From Asterias rubens (Eukaryota): DNA of 64,000 bases. Shown here one piece after another: positions 13,497 to 26,336 of this stretch (the first letter of the stretch is position 1; every line of letters begins with the position of its first letter). Under the pieces are notes generated by a model that was given only the letters and a program-made list of their open reading frames with translations, did not search any database and was not told the origin of the DNA. Location: positions 7,564,001 to 7,628,000 of the forward strand of contig NC_047081.1 in NCBI RefSeq assembly GCF_902459465.1. The letters run 5' to 3'. Both the position numbers and the translations under genes were made by a program.

Positions 13497-14695
13497 TGTA
13501 AGTAAGCACAAACACTTGATGTGCACAGAAAAATATTGCTTTTATGAAAACAGTTAGGCCTACCGAACCCAAGTTTACATTTGTTAAATGCAGATTGCAA
13601 GTCAGATGGTATTGGATGCCCTACTCCTAGAACTATGTATGCAGTTTCGATCCACTATCGTCTCCCGTTACAGGAGACGATAGCGGATACTGGATGCCCA
13701 ATTATCCTATAAGCAAAGAAATTTTCTAAGCAATACTTTTTGCAAGTAACAGCTTTATGAAATTAGGTCCATGACAAATGAACATGGAGGTAGATATGGG
13801 CCCGTCCTTACAACCTTCCGGTAGGGTACGTCGGCATCACTCGTCGGCGGGGCATGAGAAAGGGAAAGGACGGGGAGGATCTAGTTAATTCGGTCGGCCA
13901 TTATGGGAGTCACTCCTTGAACTATTTCGGTTTCGTACGCTATCGTCTCCCGATAATAGTATTAACAGACGATAGCGGACAAAACCGAACTAGGAGTAGG
14001 AGTCACCCATAATTAAATGGCTGACCGTGTCAGACAATCAGATAAAAAGAAAATCACGCAATTCAATTTTCAATTCAATTCAATTTCAATTCAAGAATAC
14101 ATTTACTTCCATACTCTCATAAAAGAATAAACAGCAGTTACATGTATGACGGAGTAAAGCAAGACATTTCTTCGAGGCATTTGTGTAGATCATTGTTGTA
14201 TTCTACTTTTAGTACAACATCTTTTCTACCCATACATGACATGCATTTTGTAACAAACGGTTACAGAACGCTTTTCAAACACCAACTCGACCTACTTCTA
14301 GAAACTATAAGGCTCCCCTGTGCCTTATAGTTTCCTCTAGAAGTAAACTCGTGTTCCTTTAAAATGATTCAGTCTGGCAAATACTGCTGGACCCCAAAAC
14401 GCTTTCTATATATATAAATACTAGGGGGCCTATATAATAATTAGGCCTACACTATTGATATTGTATTACATTAGCAAACAAATTGGAGTGATATTTGTAG
14501 CAGGATTACGAATACTATGACGATTATGATGCTTATTGTTTAGCCAACAATAATTTAGATTCACGCTCAGTAGAGTCAATCAAAAGTGCTTGTTTGTCAT
14601 TTTGTGGTGTTCGAACATTCGAACTTCGAATGTCATGGATCATGGATGGGATGGGATGTCCAAAATCATATCGTTCCCAGAGTTACTCAGCTTAC

Positions 14696-14980
14696 CTTCG
14701 TCGTTCTCATTGTCGTCGTGGGGTTGTTGAGTCGAATGTTGGACCAGGAGACGTTCCTTCACTTTTAAACAATAATAGAACAAAAAAAAAAAACTTTGCA
14801 TCAGTTACAAAAACAACACCGAGGCATCACGTAAGATCGTGACCACAAAACATGTCTGATATGGGGATTTCCCTTTTGAAGAGGCAGTCTTGCTCAATAT
14901 CATTAATTATTTTGCGCAATCACCTTATTCTTGGAAAATTCGCTGATGTCGCAATATTGCAAGAGCGCCCTCTAGTGGTG
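14696..14980 (-). promoter_or_regulatory. Candidate promoter and non-coding first exon of the ABIN/NEMO-like gene
   Basis: Minus-strand donor AAG|GTAAG at 14696/14695, with a matching acceptor (poly-pyrimidine TTCAG) before 12870. kB-type GGGGATTTCC at 14863-14872 and CTCF-type CCACTAGAGGGCGC (minus) at 14965-14978. Motif matches only. Confidence 0.4.
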
Positions 14981-15296
14981 ATTGCATTTCGCGTTGTATG
15001 ACCATGGAGCAATAAACTAGTTTATTGCTCCATGGTATGACAAATCAATGAAGAAAACACTGTTTTGTTTGTGGTTATAATAATGTGTTTTCTTAAAAAT
15101 ATAAATATAAAGAAAGGAAACGAAAGAAAAACAACAAGGGAGAACATAATCGCATCAGTTTATTCCTGGTCCTGCCGCTGACGAATATTGATAGTACACC
15201 AATTATTTAAAAAAAATATGTTAATAACTATTTTGCGTGACTTGCTGCTCATCGGTAGGACTCAGAAATATTATTTTGTTTCACTTGTCTATGATA

Positions 15297-15799
15297 TTAA
15301 AGGCAGTGGACACTATTGGTATTTGTCAAAGACTAGCCTTCACAGTTGGTGTATCTCAACATATGCATAAAATAACAAACGTGTGAAAATTTGAGCTCAA
15401 TCGGTCATCGAAGTTGCGAGATAATCTATCAAAGTCTTTCTTACCAGTCTAACATGTCTAATTGTTTGCAGGCTTGATATGCATAAAATAACAAACCCGT
15501 GAAAATTTGAGCTCAATTGGTCGTTTAAGTTGCGAGATAATATTGAAAGAAAAAACACCCTTGTCGCACGAAGTTGTGTGCGCTTAGATGGCTGATTTTG
15601 AGACCTCAAGTTCTATCTGAGGTCTCGAAATCAAATTCATGAAAAAATTACTTCTTTCTCGAAAACTATGGCACAATTCAGAGGGAGCCGTTTCTCACAA
15701 TATTTTATACTACCAACCTCTCCACATTACTCGTTACCAAGTAAGGTTTTATGCTAATAAATATTTTGAGTAATTACCAATAGTGTCCACTGCCTTTAA
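15297..15799. mobile_element. MITE family A with internal duplication
   Basis: Both TIRs and both TTAA flanks present; the segment at about 15365-15425 is repeated at about 15480-15545. Confidence 0.8.
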
Positions 15800-17568
15800 T
15801 GAGTGCACCCCCACCAACGCTCATTGACGATTGATGATTGCGGACTGAGCTTTTACAAAAGTCCCCCCCCCCCCCCGGCCCAAAATAGTCTGTGCGGTTA
15901 TTTTGAAGAACTATTTTTAACGGCTGTTCTAAAATTTGAACTTTCGGTCAGGAAATAGTGCACAGCTTGACAAACAAACAGTTGTGTTTGGTAACTATAA
16001 AAAAAGTTTCCCAAAAACAACCGCATATTGGGTAGGGATTCAAGTTATTTTGAGATTTTGTAAAAGTTTTCGCAATATATATATTTATTTTTTCTCTCTC
16101 CTGTTGTCATTAATTTTGTATTTTTTTATATTGTGGGTTAATGGTTCTTTGATGAAGTATTTTCTAAAATCATTCGTCAAATCGTTAAAAATACATAATG
16201 AGAAAAGTGTAAAGCACGCAGCGTTTTTAAAAAGAATTAATTGTCGCAATCATTGGTTCGAGTAATGCCCTTTCCGTGGATATGAAGGTGAACTAAAAAC
16301 CAAGACATGCTACAAAACAAAAAGCGATAGAAGACAACGGATTGTTAAGTTATAATTTTACTGGTTTATTTATTAGAATCCACAGAGTTTATAGTCAGTA
16401 AATATTTTAATTCACTTTTAAATTGAAGCAAACTATTACACATTCATCAGATGGAATGTAATTATAAGTAAACACTCCTAATGGAATACAATTTGGCAGT
16501 GGAATACACTGTTATTGGTAAACTTAGAATTATTAGTAAGTATGTATAATGTATGTTAATAAGTACATGGGTGTACTACAATACCACTAAACTCTCAACC
16601 AAGATTCATTTCCGTATAATGGGGACCGTACGGGTGAGGGGGCGGGGACACACATTACCTGGAAAAATCCCCAATGACATCAGCCATAGGGATTGTAGCA
16701 TAATACGCCTCTCTTTATTTGTAACGAGTGCGTCACTGATTCTAACCGAAAACGAGGCCATAGGCGCATGCAGTGCAGGTGGGTGGCGGACGTGCGCTTA
16801 TATCATCTTTAGTTATTATTATTATTGTTCTTATTATTATTATTATTATTATGACGTCATGCATGGATATAGAGAGCTGTATAAAGTTAATAGTGACCTT
16901 GGAAATTAATGTGTCACATTTTGGGGCCGAGTTTCCATTGAGTGTGCAACATTTTGCCCCACGCGGAGGAAAATAGCACAACAATCAATCAACAACATTT
17001 ATTTCCATACAAACACAATACACAAATACAAACAATAGGATGTTACAAGACTGAAAACAGTATGGAGGCATGGCCCATTAAAGCAAAGCTTGTAAGCTGG
17101 GATGCCTTTTACAAAACAAAGGAAGGTAATAAGATCATTTAAATTATAAAACAAAGCGTATAGTAATAACAATATTATCAAAACGAGACGGATAAACGAA
17201 ACGCAAAAAAACAAAACACCCAACCAGACAAACAAACACCTCAAACTAACACCTCAAACTAACACCTCAAACAAACAACAATACAAATACCACAAGACAA
17301 TGTTCAGTGTTGGAATCACCTGTTTTAGTCATTTTATTTCATTCAAGTTTCAACACGTACACTATTGACCAAGCTCAGATGACGTCATCACACGATATGC
17401 TTGCACCCTTTTGGGGAGATTATGCATTGTACTATTGTGCAATAAGATGACCCGTCCAGATGTACTTTTCTCAACGATGAAGGGACACGTGTCGTTGTGT
17501 GGATTTTCAATCGGGGCTAAAATAAAAAGCGTAAAGCGTTTTGAAATGAGTATGGTTGACCAGAAGTT

Positions 17569-17962
17569 TTAGAGACTCTGGACTCTATTGGTAATATTGT
17601 CAAAGACTAGTCTGCTCACCTGGTGTATCTCGACATAATTATGCGTAAAATAAGAAACCTGTGCAAATTTGAGCTCGATTGGTAGTAGGAGTTGCGAGAT
17701 AACTATCAACGAAAAAACACCCTTGTCACACAAAGTTCTGTGCTTTCAGATGCTTGATTTCGAGACCTCAAATTCTAAATCTGAGGTCTCGAGATCAAAT
17801 TCGTGTAATGATTACTTCTTTCTTGAAAACTACGTCACTTCAGAGGGAGCCGTTTCTCACAATGTTTTATACTATCAACCTCTCCCCATTACTTGTTACC
17901 CGAGTGAGGTTTTATGCTAAAAATTATTTTGAGTAATTACCAAAAGTGTCCACTGCCTTTAA
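17569..17962. mobile_element. MITE family A
   Basis: TIR remnants plus the conserved GAGACCTC..GAGGTCTC internal palindrome. Confidence 0.8.
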
Positions 17963-18180
17963 AAGTAGAATAATAATACTGATCTAAGTTTGTGACTCCA
18001 CAAAATGGCGGATTGTGATAGTTCACGAAATAATGAGAAAAATACACACTTACGAGGCATTTTTATGAAAATTAAATTATCAATAATATGAAGGGAAACT
18101 GACTGGGTAAATTTTGAAATGATTTTTGGTGTTCAACAAAGAATTGAGATATTGACAAAATAGGGACACTGCCAATTTAG

Positions 18181-18254
18181 GGCTAGATAGCTCAGTTGGT
18201 AGAGCGCCGGCACGTTAACATCCGGAGGTCGTTGGTTCGAATCCCACTTTAGTC
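18181..18254 (+). pseudogene. tRNA-like sequence (pseudo-tRNA or isolated tRNA-derived SINE head)
   Basis: A box TAGCTCAGTTGG, D stem GCTC/GAGC, B box GGTTCGAATCC, 7-bp acceptor stem with two G-T pairs. The anticodon arm CCGGC-ACGTTAACA-TCCGG has an oversized loop and a mismatch. Confidence 0.6.
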
Positions 18255-19319
18255 AATTATTTGCTCAACCCCAAATAACAAGAAAATTAAATTAGTTAAA
18301 TCTTTCCATATTCATTTCATAACGAACGCTCCTTGATCATCAATGCAACTCCCTTGCTCCATTCACTTTAATTGTCTTACTTCTGCAGTTATTCGTTATG
18401 GCATTATTTATAATAATATTATATAATTACGTTTAATAATCCATGACGCATGATATCATTAATTTGCTTTTTTATAATACAGCTGGTGTTTGAATAATTA
18501 TTAGAAAGATAATCGTCCAATTTACAAAAATGAAAATTTCGCAACTTGCTTAGCCTTTTTTGGGAAACAGCTGTTTTTTGTTCTTTTTTTTGTTTGTTTT
18601 TTACTTGAGAGACGTATTAACTTTACAAATGTGAATAAATAATTGGGGACTTTTATGACTCTAGTGACAGCAGACATATAATAAATAGTGTTATTAACTT
18701 CTATATATATTATTTATTTATTTATTTTATATGGTACCTATAAATGGTGAATAATACGCTATGAAAAGAAAAAAAAACAATTTCATAATATAAAATAGAA
18801 GAAGATAGTACCCTAAAAAAAAAAAAAAAAAAATCAGAATCATTCAATCAATCAACCAACCAACTTATAATCAAGGAATGAGTAAAATCAAGTAATGCAC
18901 AATCAATCAGCAAACTTTGTTGTACTTAAGAAAGCAACACTTACCATAAAAAGTATGACTCTTACAATGTTAACTATACAACTTATTTTTAGCTCACTTT
19001 GTGACGAAACTGATGCTTACATTAAGTTTTGGTAGTTATATATAACTATAATATAGGCATAAAATAGTTGAAAACTTCTTCAGGTTATTATTTCATTCAT
19101 CTCATTTTGAACAAGTGTCCTATTTAGTCACAGGGTAGTTTGGACGGCATATAAGGGCTGACAAAATGTGACGTTGACTTCTTCACCTTTTTTTTTCTTT
19201 CTTTGGCGGTTAGACTCATATAACTATATTAGAGGCATATACAATAGTTGATTATTTATGTGAAAACTTCTTCAGGTTATTATTTCATTCATCTTATTTT
19301 GAACAAGTGTCTTATTTAT

Positions 19320-20468
19320 TCACAGGGTGGTTTGGACGGCATAAGGGCTGACAAGATGTGACGTTGACTTCTTCACCTTTTTCTTTGCCTTCTTTGGCGG
19401 TCGGACGCAGAGCGTCCTCCTAAACTTTCTCTTAAAGTTCTCATTGAGAAAGGCGTACACTATGGGATTATTGAAGCTATTACTGAAACCAATGAGCTGG
19501 ACAATCGCGAGCATCATGCGATTTTGCTCACTGTCAAGAAGTCGAAAGAAATCTCTGATGATGCTGACCACGTGGAAGGGCAACCAGCTTGCAGCGAAGA
19601 GGACTACGACCACGATCAGCATCTTAGTGGCACGCCTCTTGTTACGGAGTGACGAGGCGTTTGCCAGACTACCCGGGGCTTCAACTGGCGTGATGGCCTT
19701 GCGTATCCATAGTCGGTGCACCACACGGAGATACAGGATCGTCATAGTGAGAACGGGGATGATGTACAGGAATATGACCAGAAGGAGAGTGAAGGTTTTC
19801 TTCTGGTCGTGGTGCGGCCAGGTCTCACGGCAGAATTTGTACGTGGTGCCGCTTAAGAGGACCATCTCGACCTCCACCTCCATGACGAATAGCAGAGGGG
19901 ACACTAGGATCATTGAGAAGATCCACAGCCCGGCGATCAAAATGGCGGCACGGGTTGGGGTCTGGATGATACGCGCACGTAAGGGGTGGCATATCGCATG
20001 GTGGCGCTCTACTGCGATGGTTGTCAGGGTGAGGACGCTGGATACAACTGCAACCATGGTGATGTAGTTAAGCAGCTTACACATGAACGTCCCCAGGACC
20101 CAGTCTACGGTGATGACCTCCACCAGGGTGAAAGGGATGCAGAAGATGGTGACGAGGAGGTCGGACGTTGCCAGGGAAACGATGAAGGAATTGATGACCG
20201 TGCGCATGCTCCGTTTGGACGCAACTGCGATGACGACGAGGAGGTTGCCAACGAGCGACATGATGAATATCAACGTATAGGACGTGATGAGAAACGCATC
20301 AGCCCCCGGGGACAGATCCGTGGGGTCTAGACCAACATCGTACACCTCTAAGAACTCTTTCAGAGAGGAGAAGTTTAAACAGGCTAGAAGCTCATCGATA
20401 GATTTGTTCTTTAAGTGAGTGATGTCGTAGGGGATCAGATGATCGGAATCCATGCCTGCTTGATCCAT
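19320..20468 (-). CDS. QRFPR-like: Rhodopsin-class neuropeptide GPCR, QRFP (26RFa) receptor-like, 382 aa, single coding exon
   Basis: Seven hydrophobic segments with GN (TM1), LATSDLL (TM2), C then IAVERH (TM3), W (TM4), SWLPFH (TM6) and SNSFNNPIVY (TM7). IAVERH, AIVQLIGFSNS and PIVYAFLNENFK closely match my recollection of vertebrate GPR103/QRFPR. A strong acceptor (poly-T GGCAG) lies 6 nt upstream of the ATG, so the exon starts at 20474. Confidence 0.88.
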   Translation of the reverse strand: MDQAGMDSDHLIPYDITHLKNKSIDELLACLNFSSLKEFLEVYDVGLDPTDLSPGADAFLITSYTLIFIMSLVGNLLVVIAVASKRSMRTVINSFIVSLATSDLLVTIFCIPFTLVEVITVDWVLGTFMCKLLNYITMVAVVSSVLTLTTIAVERHHAICHPLRARIIQTPTRAAILIAGLWIFSMILVSPLLFVMEVEVEMVLLSGTTYKFCRETWPHHDQKKTFTLLLVIFLYIIPVLTMTILYLRVVHRLWIRKAITPVEAPGSLANASSLRNKRRATKMLIVVVVLFAASWLPFHVVSIIRDFFRLLDSEQNRMMLAIVQLIGFSNSFNNPIVYAFLNENFKRKFRRTLCVRPPKKAKKKVKKSTSHLVSPYAVQTTL

Positions 20469-21090
20469 GACGACCTGCCAAAAAAAAAAAGAATTTTCTT
20501 AATTTAGTCATCTTCATAAAATAATGAAGCCTTTCCTTTAATTGAAGTGCGTCCAGGGTGAAATTAAGGACATTTAAACTCAAAAAGCAGTAAATTCTAC
20601 TTTGTACCTGTAGAAATAAATTTGAGAAAATAGAAATTGCTATCTAACTGCCGCTACTTACAAACCGAAATGACAGAATGATATAAATCAAAATGAAATC
20701 AACAATCAACGGCCTGACATTTCGACCCCAGCCGTTGTCTTTCTCGAAGGCTATATAATATTAATTTATAAAATTTGTATTTTTTCCCCCATTAACACAC
20801 TTTACTGAATTGTACACTCACGCCAGATTATCTTTTAATAAAAATAGATAAAGTGGAATGGCAAGTGCTCTAACTAGCCGTTAGACCAAAGGCTCATGAC
20901 CATCCCGGAGACATCTCCTCTGTAGGCTACCTCCCACACGTGTGGAATTATTCAAGAGGCTTTATGAAGAAAACAACGTCTTATCAAAGTAAGGAATTAG
21001 TCTAGATGTATCCTTTTATCTATAGTCTTTTTTTTCTTCTTCTTTTTTTGCGAGTTTAAGAAATTGTGATTACGATTAACCTGTTTTTCC

Positions 21091-21592
21091 CCGGTGTTGC
21101 GGTTTCAGTCTTCCGCCGTGTTCAGTTTTCCGGGTGACGTAGTCGGACATATCAGCACGTTGTTCGAACGGTTTTAGCTTTCCGGCGTGTTCAGTTTTCC
21201 GGGTGACCTATCAGATACCGCCGCGAGTACCCTGGCGAGTACTGTAGTTCTCTCAGCAGTGACCCCCAAATTGTTTATGTTACGATTCTTTTCTGTGTAG
21301 TCACATGATCTCTTGCCCCATCTTTACATGTATTCATGGGTACAACTTTAGGCAGGTCACACTCTGCTTGCATAAAAAACAACTCATACGATCCACGCGT
21401 TTGCCGCTAGTTGTACTCGACTCGTGGACGCCGCCATGACAGCTACCAGAGGGTAATGGATGACTCAATACGGCACTAAAAATGGACTACTTTCGCTTAC
21501 TGTGCGCAGGCATCGCATGACGTAATGCTACCGTATTTGGTCATTCGGAAAACTGAACACAGCGGAAAGTTGAAACCGCCACACCGGCCTTA
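21091..21592. mobile_element. MITE with ~45-bp TIR
   Basis: CCGGTGTTGCGGTTTCAG...GTGTTCAGTTTTCCG is matched in inverse by CGGAAAACTGAACAC...GAAACCGCCACACCGG. Confidence 0.6.
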
Positions 21593-22344
21593 AAACATGT
21601 TCAAAGTTCATACATTGACGTTGACTGAGCCGATCCAGATTAAACAATATTTTTCCCCTCCTCTTTAACCCTCAGGATATCAGTGATGAGCGGTCGAAAA
21701 AAAATGTCAGATTTTGCAATCAAGGAAATGCAACAACATAATTCGCCAAAGGGCTGAGCTATTTTTACTGGGTTGCGTGTATAGACAAACATGATTGTGT
21801 TTGCAAATCGGCAAGGGGAACTATAGAACATGTGTGGTAAATCTAAACCAACAATGCTTCGCCTTTGGATGGTGTTTGTCCCTGTGGTCATGGAATTATA
21901 TGAACAGCCGGATATGGCTGTTATGAAAGCATGATTGTGTTTGAAGAAAATTATTGTCTAGTCGCACCTTACTCGACTGAACAAGGGGGACTTTTGGCCG
22001 ACGCTAGGTGTGTTGCGTAAGGGTCATGACACGCGAGGCAATTTACAGGCAACCAGTTCCAGGCAATCTCCAAGAAGATAATTCAGTCATATTTGAGTGT
22101 CTACATACATTCCTTGGGAATCGTAAGACATTGTTTGCAAAATTACTTATGTGCTACCAAGGTGGTCCTGTGGCATTGCACTGCAGTTGGTTGCATCCAA
22201 GTTGCCTGAAAAAGTTGCCTCGTGTGACAAGGCTTTTAACAGCAAGCAGCAATAACAAAAGTTGTTTTCATTTTTTTTTCCATCAAAAACAAAAAAAATA
22301 GGAAGGTAAGTAGAGACTCAAGAGAGAAAAATTATTAAATGCCT

Positions 22345-22375
<31 letters not shown>

Positions 22376-23057
22376 CCCAATCAATCGGAAAACTAAATTA
22401 TTAGCCGCCCATTTTGCTTTGGTTGTCCTTAGATTCGGCACAATACCGTTTCGTCTGTTTGTATTGATTAATATTGTTTTATGTAAGTTTCCAGACAAGG
22501 CTAAAAGCTAAAATTAAGTCACTCTCCGTGAGAGACCCAGGGGAAGCAGAAAGCTTGGTTCCGCGCTCAAATATGAGGATCTGAAAAACAAACCTTTCAT
22601 ATGTAATGATTAACTAACGAACTCTTTGAAAAGGAATTGATATTTCGTTGAAAGTGTAATTTGATCCTTGATGTAAACCTTTCCTTAAATCTAATAGCAT
22701 CGTAAAATAAAGTCAACGACTGACACTGGCGCCTATATAAATTATTCCGCTCTCGGGAAACAAATTTGGCTAATTTGAAAATCTAAAGGGCTTTAGATAA
22801 TATAGGTCGAACTGAACACGAGATAAGGCTGTGAAATATTTCATGTTGTGTTGAGTGTCTGGTCGTGGGGGGGGGGGGGGGGGGGGTAGCTATACCAATC
22901 AAACCGTGACAATGGGTCCCTGGTTGGTTGAAGCTCCCCAATTGGAGAGTGTGTACAAAACCAATGGGAGTTGTTGCCAAAATAATCGAGTACAAACAAC
23001 ATAAAGACACTATGAGGTTATCAGATTGCTAGTGGTTTTAAACAAATCACTTTATAC

Positions 23058-23660
23058 GGATCCGGTTAGATCGGGGTCTTTCTTTTTGTTTTACCTTTTC
23101 TAAAAAAAAATCCCTTTTGGGGTCCAGGTTAAACAAAGAATTAAATTGTGGTGTCCTTTATTCCATTGTATAAAAGACCCCGCAAGGGCACGCTCTAGAG
23201 CACACTGCAACCTTATGGATCTGGTTGGGGTCTTTCTTTTGTTGCTCTATTATTCCCTTTTCTAAAGAATTCCCTTGTGGGGTCCAGGTTGAACAAAATA
23301 TTGGGAGACTTTTGGGACGCTTGTCGGCAGCAAGCTTACTAGGTAAACACCATTGTTTTTAGTAGTGTGCGCATGCTCAGGACTTTGTAAACAATGGACA
23401 TTTACCTGGTAAGTCTGCTGCCACCTAGCGTTCCAAAGTCACCCATTCCTTGTGTGGTCCATTGTTCCATTGTGTAAAAGACCACACAAGGGCATGCTCG
23501 TAAGCACACTAGAATATTTTGATATTGTTGGAATCTTGCCAGTGTTGTTCTATTATTCTATTTTCAAAAGAATTCCCTTGTGGGGTCCAAGTTGAACAAA
23601 GAATTCCCATTGTGTAATCCATTGTTTCATTGTGCAAAAGACCACACATGGGCACTCCTC
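23058..23660. repeat. Degenerate tandem repeat, three ~159-bp units, with a 146-bp palindromic MITE (23301-23446) in unit 2
   Basis: Units start at 23058, 23217 and 23521; the same MITE family occurs at 25424-25570. Confidence 0.65.
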
Positions 23661-24709
23661 CCCTATGTCTGTTAGCAGTTTTCTCTCCGAATGTTTAACA
23701 CCCATACTACTACAGTGCGTATAGTTCATCCGCACTCTTTGTTACTGTCTGCATGCGGAGGCCGCCAGGGAGTCCTCATATGGATGGATGGATTGCACAT
23801 GACGTCATTGGCCACCATCATTGATGAAACGTACACACGCGTGCAAGGCTATCATCGGCTGAGAGTTCTACGCAGCGCGTACTCGTGTGTCATCACCACA
23901 CAAGCATCGCGTGCATGTGCGTATACAGTGATAACATGACATTATCTAGCTAGGTTTGGTATCGCAAATCGCTCAAAGGGAAAACAAATAAAACACACAA
24001 TAAATAAATTAAATTAAAATAAATGAACGCCTTGAAGCTTGGTCGTCAACGCTATGTGTCCGATGAATAGTACAAGTAAGCTGCTCCATATCTCGAATCT
24101 GATCTTTATATCAAACTGCATGAATTTAGGCGAATGTCCCCTCTCTAAGTTAGATGTAGAGATTTTTTTAAATCTCGGACGTGTGTCTCTCATCGTGAAT
24201 TACTTGCCCTTATGAGAAGTCTTCTAAAAGCCCTTGAGCACTATACCGTGAACTGTATAACTAGATAACGAGCTTAAAAGCTTCCTGTCAGCTTTTAATA
24301 ACAGTATCAAATATCGGTCTCTGGTGATGATGGACTCTGCCAAGAAATTCTCTCTGTTTTTTTTTCTTGTTTTTTTTTTTTTTTTTTTTTTTTTTTACCA
24401 GTTGGATGTTGAAAGCACGGATGAATAATCCATACTCGTTCATCATAAGATATACTTTCGAAAATGAAGTCAAATTTAGTGCGAATGAAATTTCTGCAAC
24501 AATTTTTTTTTTTTTTTCTTGCCATCCTGTGCACATTTGTTACTATCCGAACCCTGCAGCTATGCCAGCACAAGCAAGCAGCAACATTTAATGGACAAAA
24601 AACATGACGTCGCAAGAGCTGTTTTTTTACTAGAGTAGCGCGCCCTCACGTATCAAAAAGGGTTGATCATCATAGACATTTATCTCTATTATATAATAGA
24701 GATACATGA

Positions 24710-24870
24710 TCATAGACCTATTCGCAAATACCCATTGCGCAAGCGCTGAATGTTGAACCAGGTGCATGCTGGTCTAGCTAGCGATCAAACTTGATCGCTA
24801 CTTAGACCAGCATGCACTTCATTCCATTCCTAATGCGCGCGTACCGAGTATTTACGATAAGGTTACATGT
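24710..24870. repeat. Palindromic repeat (ATAGACC-type MITE), second copy at 29743-29905
   Basis: Core GCATGCTGGTCTAGCTAGCGATCAAACTTGATCGCTA..TAGACCAGCATGC in both copies. Confidence 0.7.
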
Positions 24871-26336
24871 CATAGTTTTGCATGCGAACTCAAACGGGGG
24901 ACATTCTATCCAAATGTTAACGACTGCTGGGTCTCCCAGCTCGCGTGGTAGCCTGAAAGTAACGTGACTCTTCGAGGCTCTTTATTTACGCCAGATACCA
25001 GTCTTGAGCCTGCTACGTCATCACTTCCAAAAGCACCTTTGACCTGGCATCAATTTCATATGGAGATTCGCAGTCAAATCCAACGTCAGGCTGTATACGG
25101 TCATGTAAAACAAAGTTACACGCAAGTTCAAGTACACTATGCATGCCGCTGTATATGTACATGCAGACGACCGAAAGTGCAGCTGATAAGCATCACCTCG
25201 GACCAATCAAAATACCGATAATGACAGCTTATATATTTTACGATTGCATGTTTATCCAATGAAAATTATGGTATCCAAATAAATGTCTGGTTTGGTAAAA
25301 CTAATACCTGATCCTTGCGGACAAAGACAGTGGAAACAATTTAGGTCACCGTCAGCAGACACCAGCTCCCCATTTCTAATAACATCGACCTCAAAATTGC
25401 GGCAGCATGACGTCAATGCCAATGGGAGACTTTCTGGGACGATAGAGGGCAGCAGACTTACCGGGTAAATCCATTGTTCTCAGAATTATGCGCATGTTCA
25501 GAACTACGTAAACAATGGAAATTTACCCGGTATGTCTGCTGCCGCCTAGCGTTGGAAAGTCTCCTATTGCATTCAAAAGACTGACCCTCGTGTGTTGACG
25601 ACCGACCCCTGTCTTTATATACGACCCTCGAGGTGTGACGTCAGATGTTCAGGCTACAGTTGACCTTATGCGCTTGACGTAGTTTAGGGCGCCCTCGCAT
25701 AATATGTCAACGATGGGGTTGTCCCATACCATTGGGGGACAGAATCCACACTGGCACACATGGGCCAATGAAAAACCTTCTTTTCCTATCGAGCTGTGGG
25801 CGTTCTAATCTTGACGAGTCATCTGTTTAAATCCTTGATTTGCCTCATCTTTTGTTGGGATTATCAAAGATATTGCAAGCAATTCACCATTTAAAGTAAA
25901 GATCGTACATAAAATAAATAAGAAAATAAACTTCCCACTGTTTATCTCAGGAACAACAATGGACGTCACAAAACAAAATGTGCATGAGGTGATTTGAAAT
26001 GTCTTCTCGGGGCCACCGTAGGGAAAAAGCCGCCGTTATCAAGGTCTGCTATATCTACACACGTACTATGAGAGTTAATATTCAGAGTAATTGATACGGA
26101 AAATATATCTTACCTCAACGACTGAACACCTTATACATCCTTCAATATACAAATTATTTTCTGAGAATAGCTATCTGTGGGTATAATGAGTATTACAGAA
26201 CATCTCAAGACAGTAAAGACAAAAAGCTCAAAGCAAAACAAAGTAACTATACATAAATCACAGTACAAAGGACAGGCCGGCGGGCAAATAATTTGTATCA
26301 CTCGAATTCATGATTTATGACTATCTCTTGTATGGC

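Noticed and set aside
19444-20330. Long plus-strand ORFs (207 aa, 114 aa, 65 aa)
   Set aside because: Antisense shadows of the GC-rich GPCR coding sequence; no recognisable motifs.
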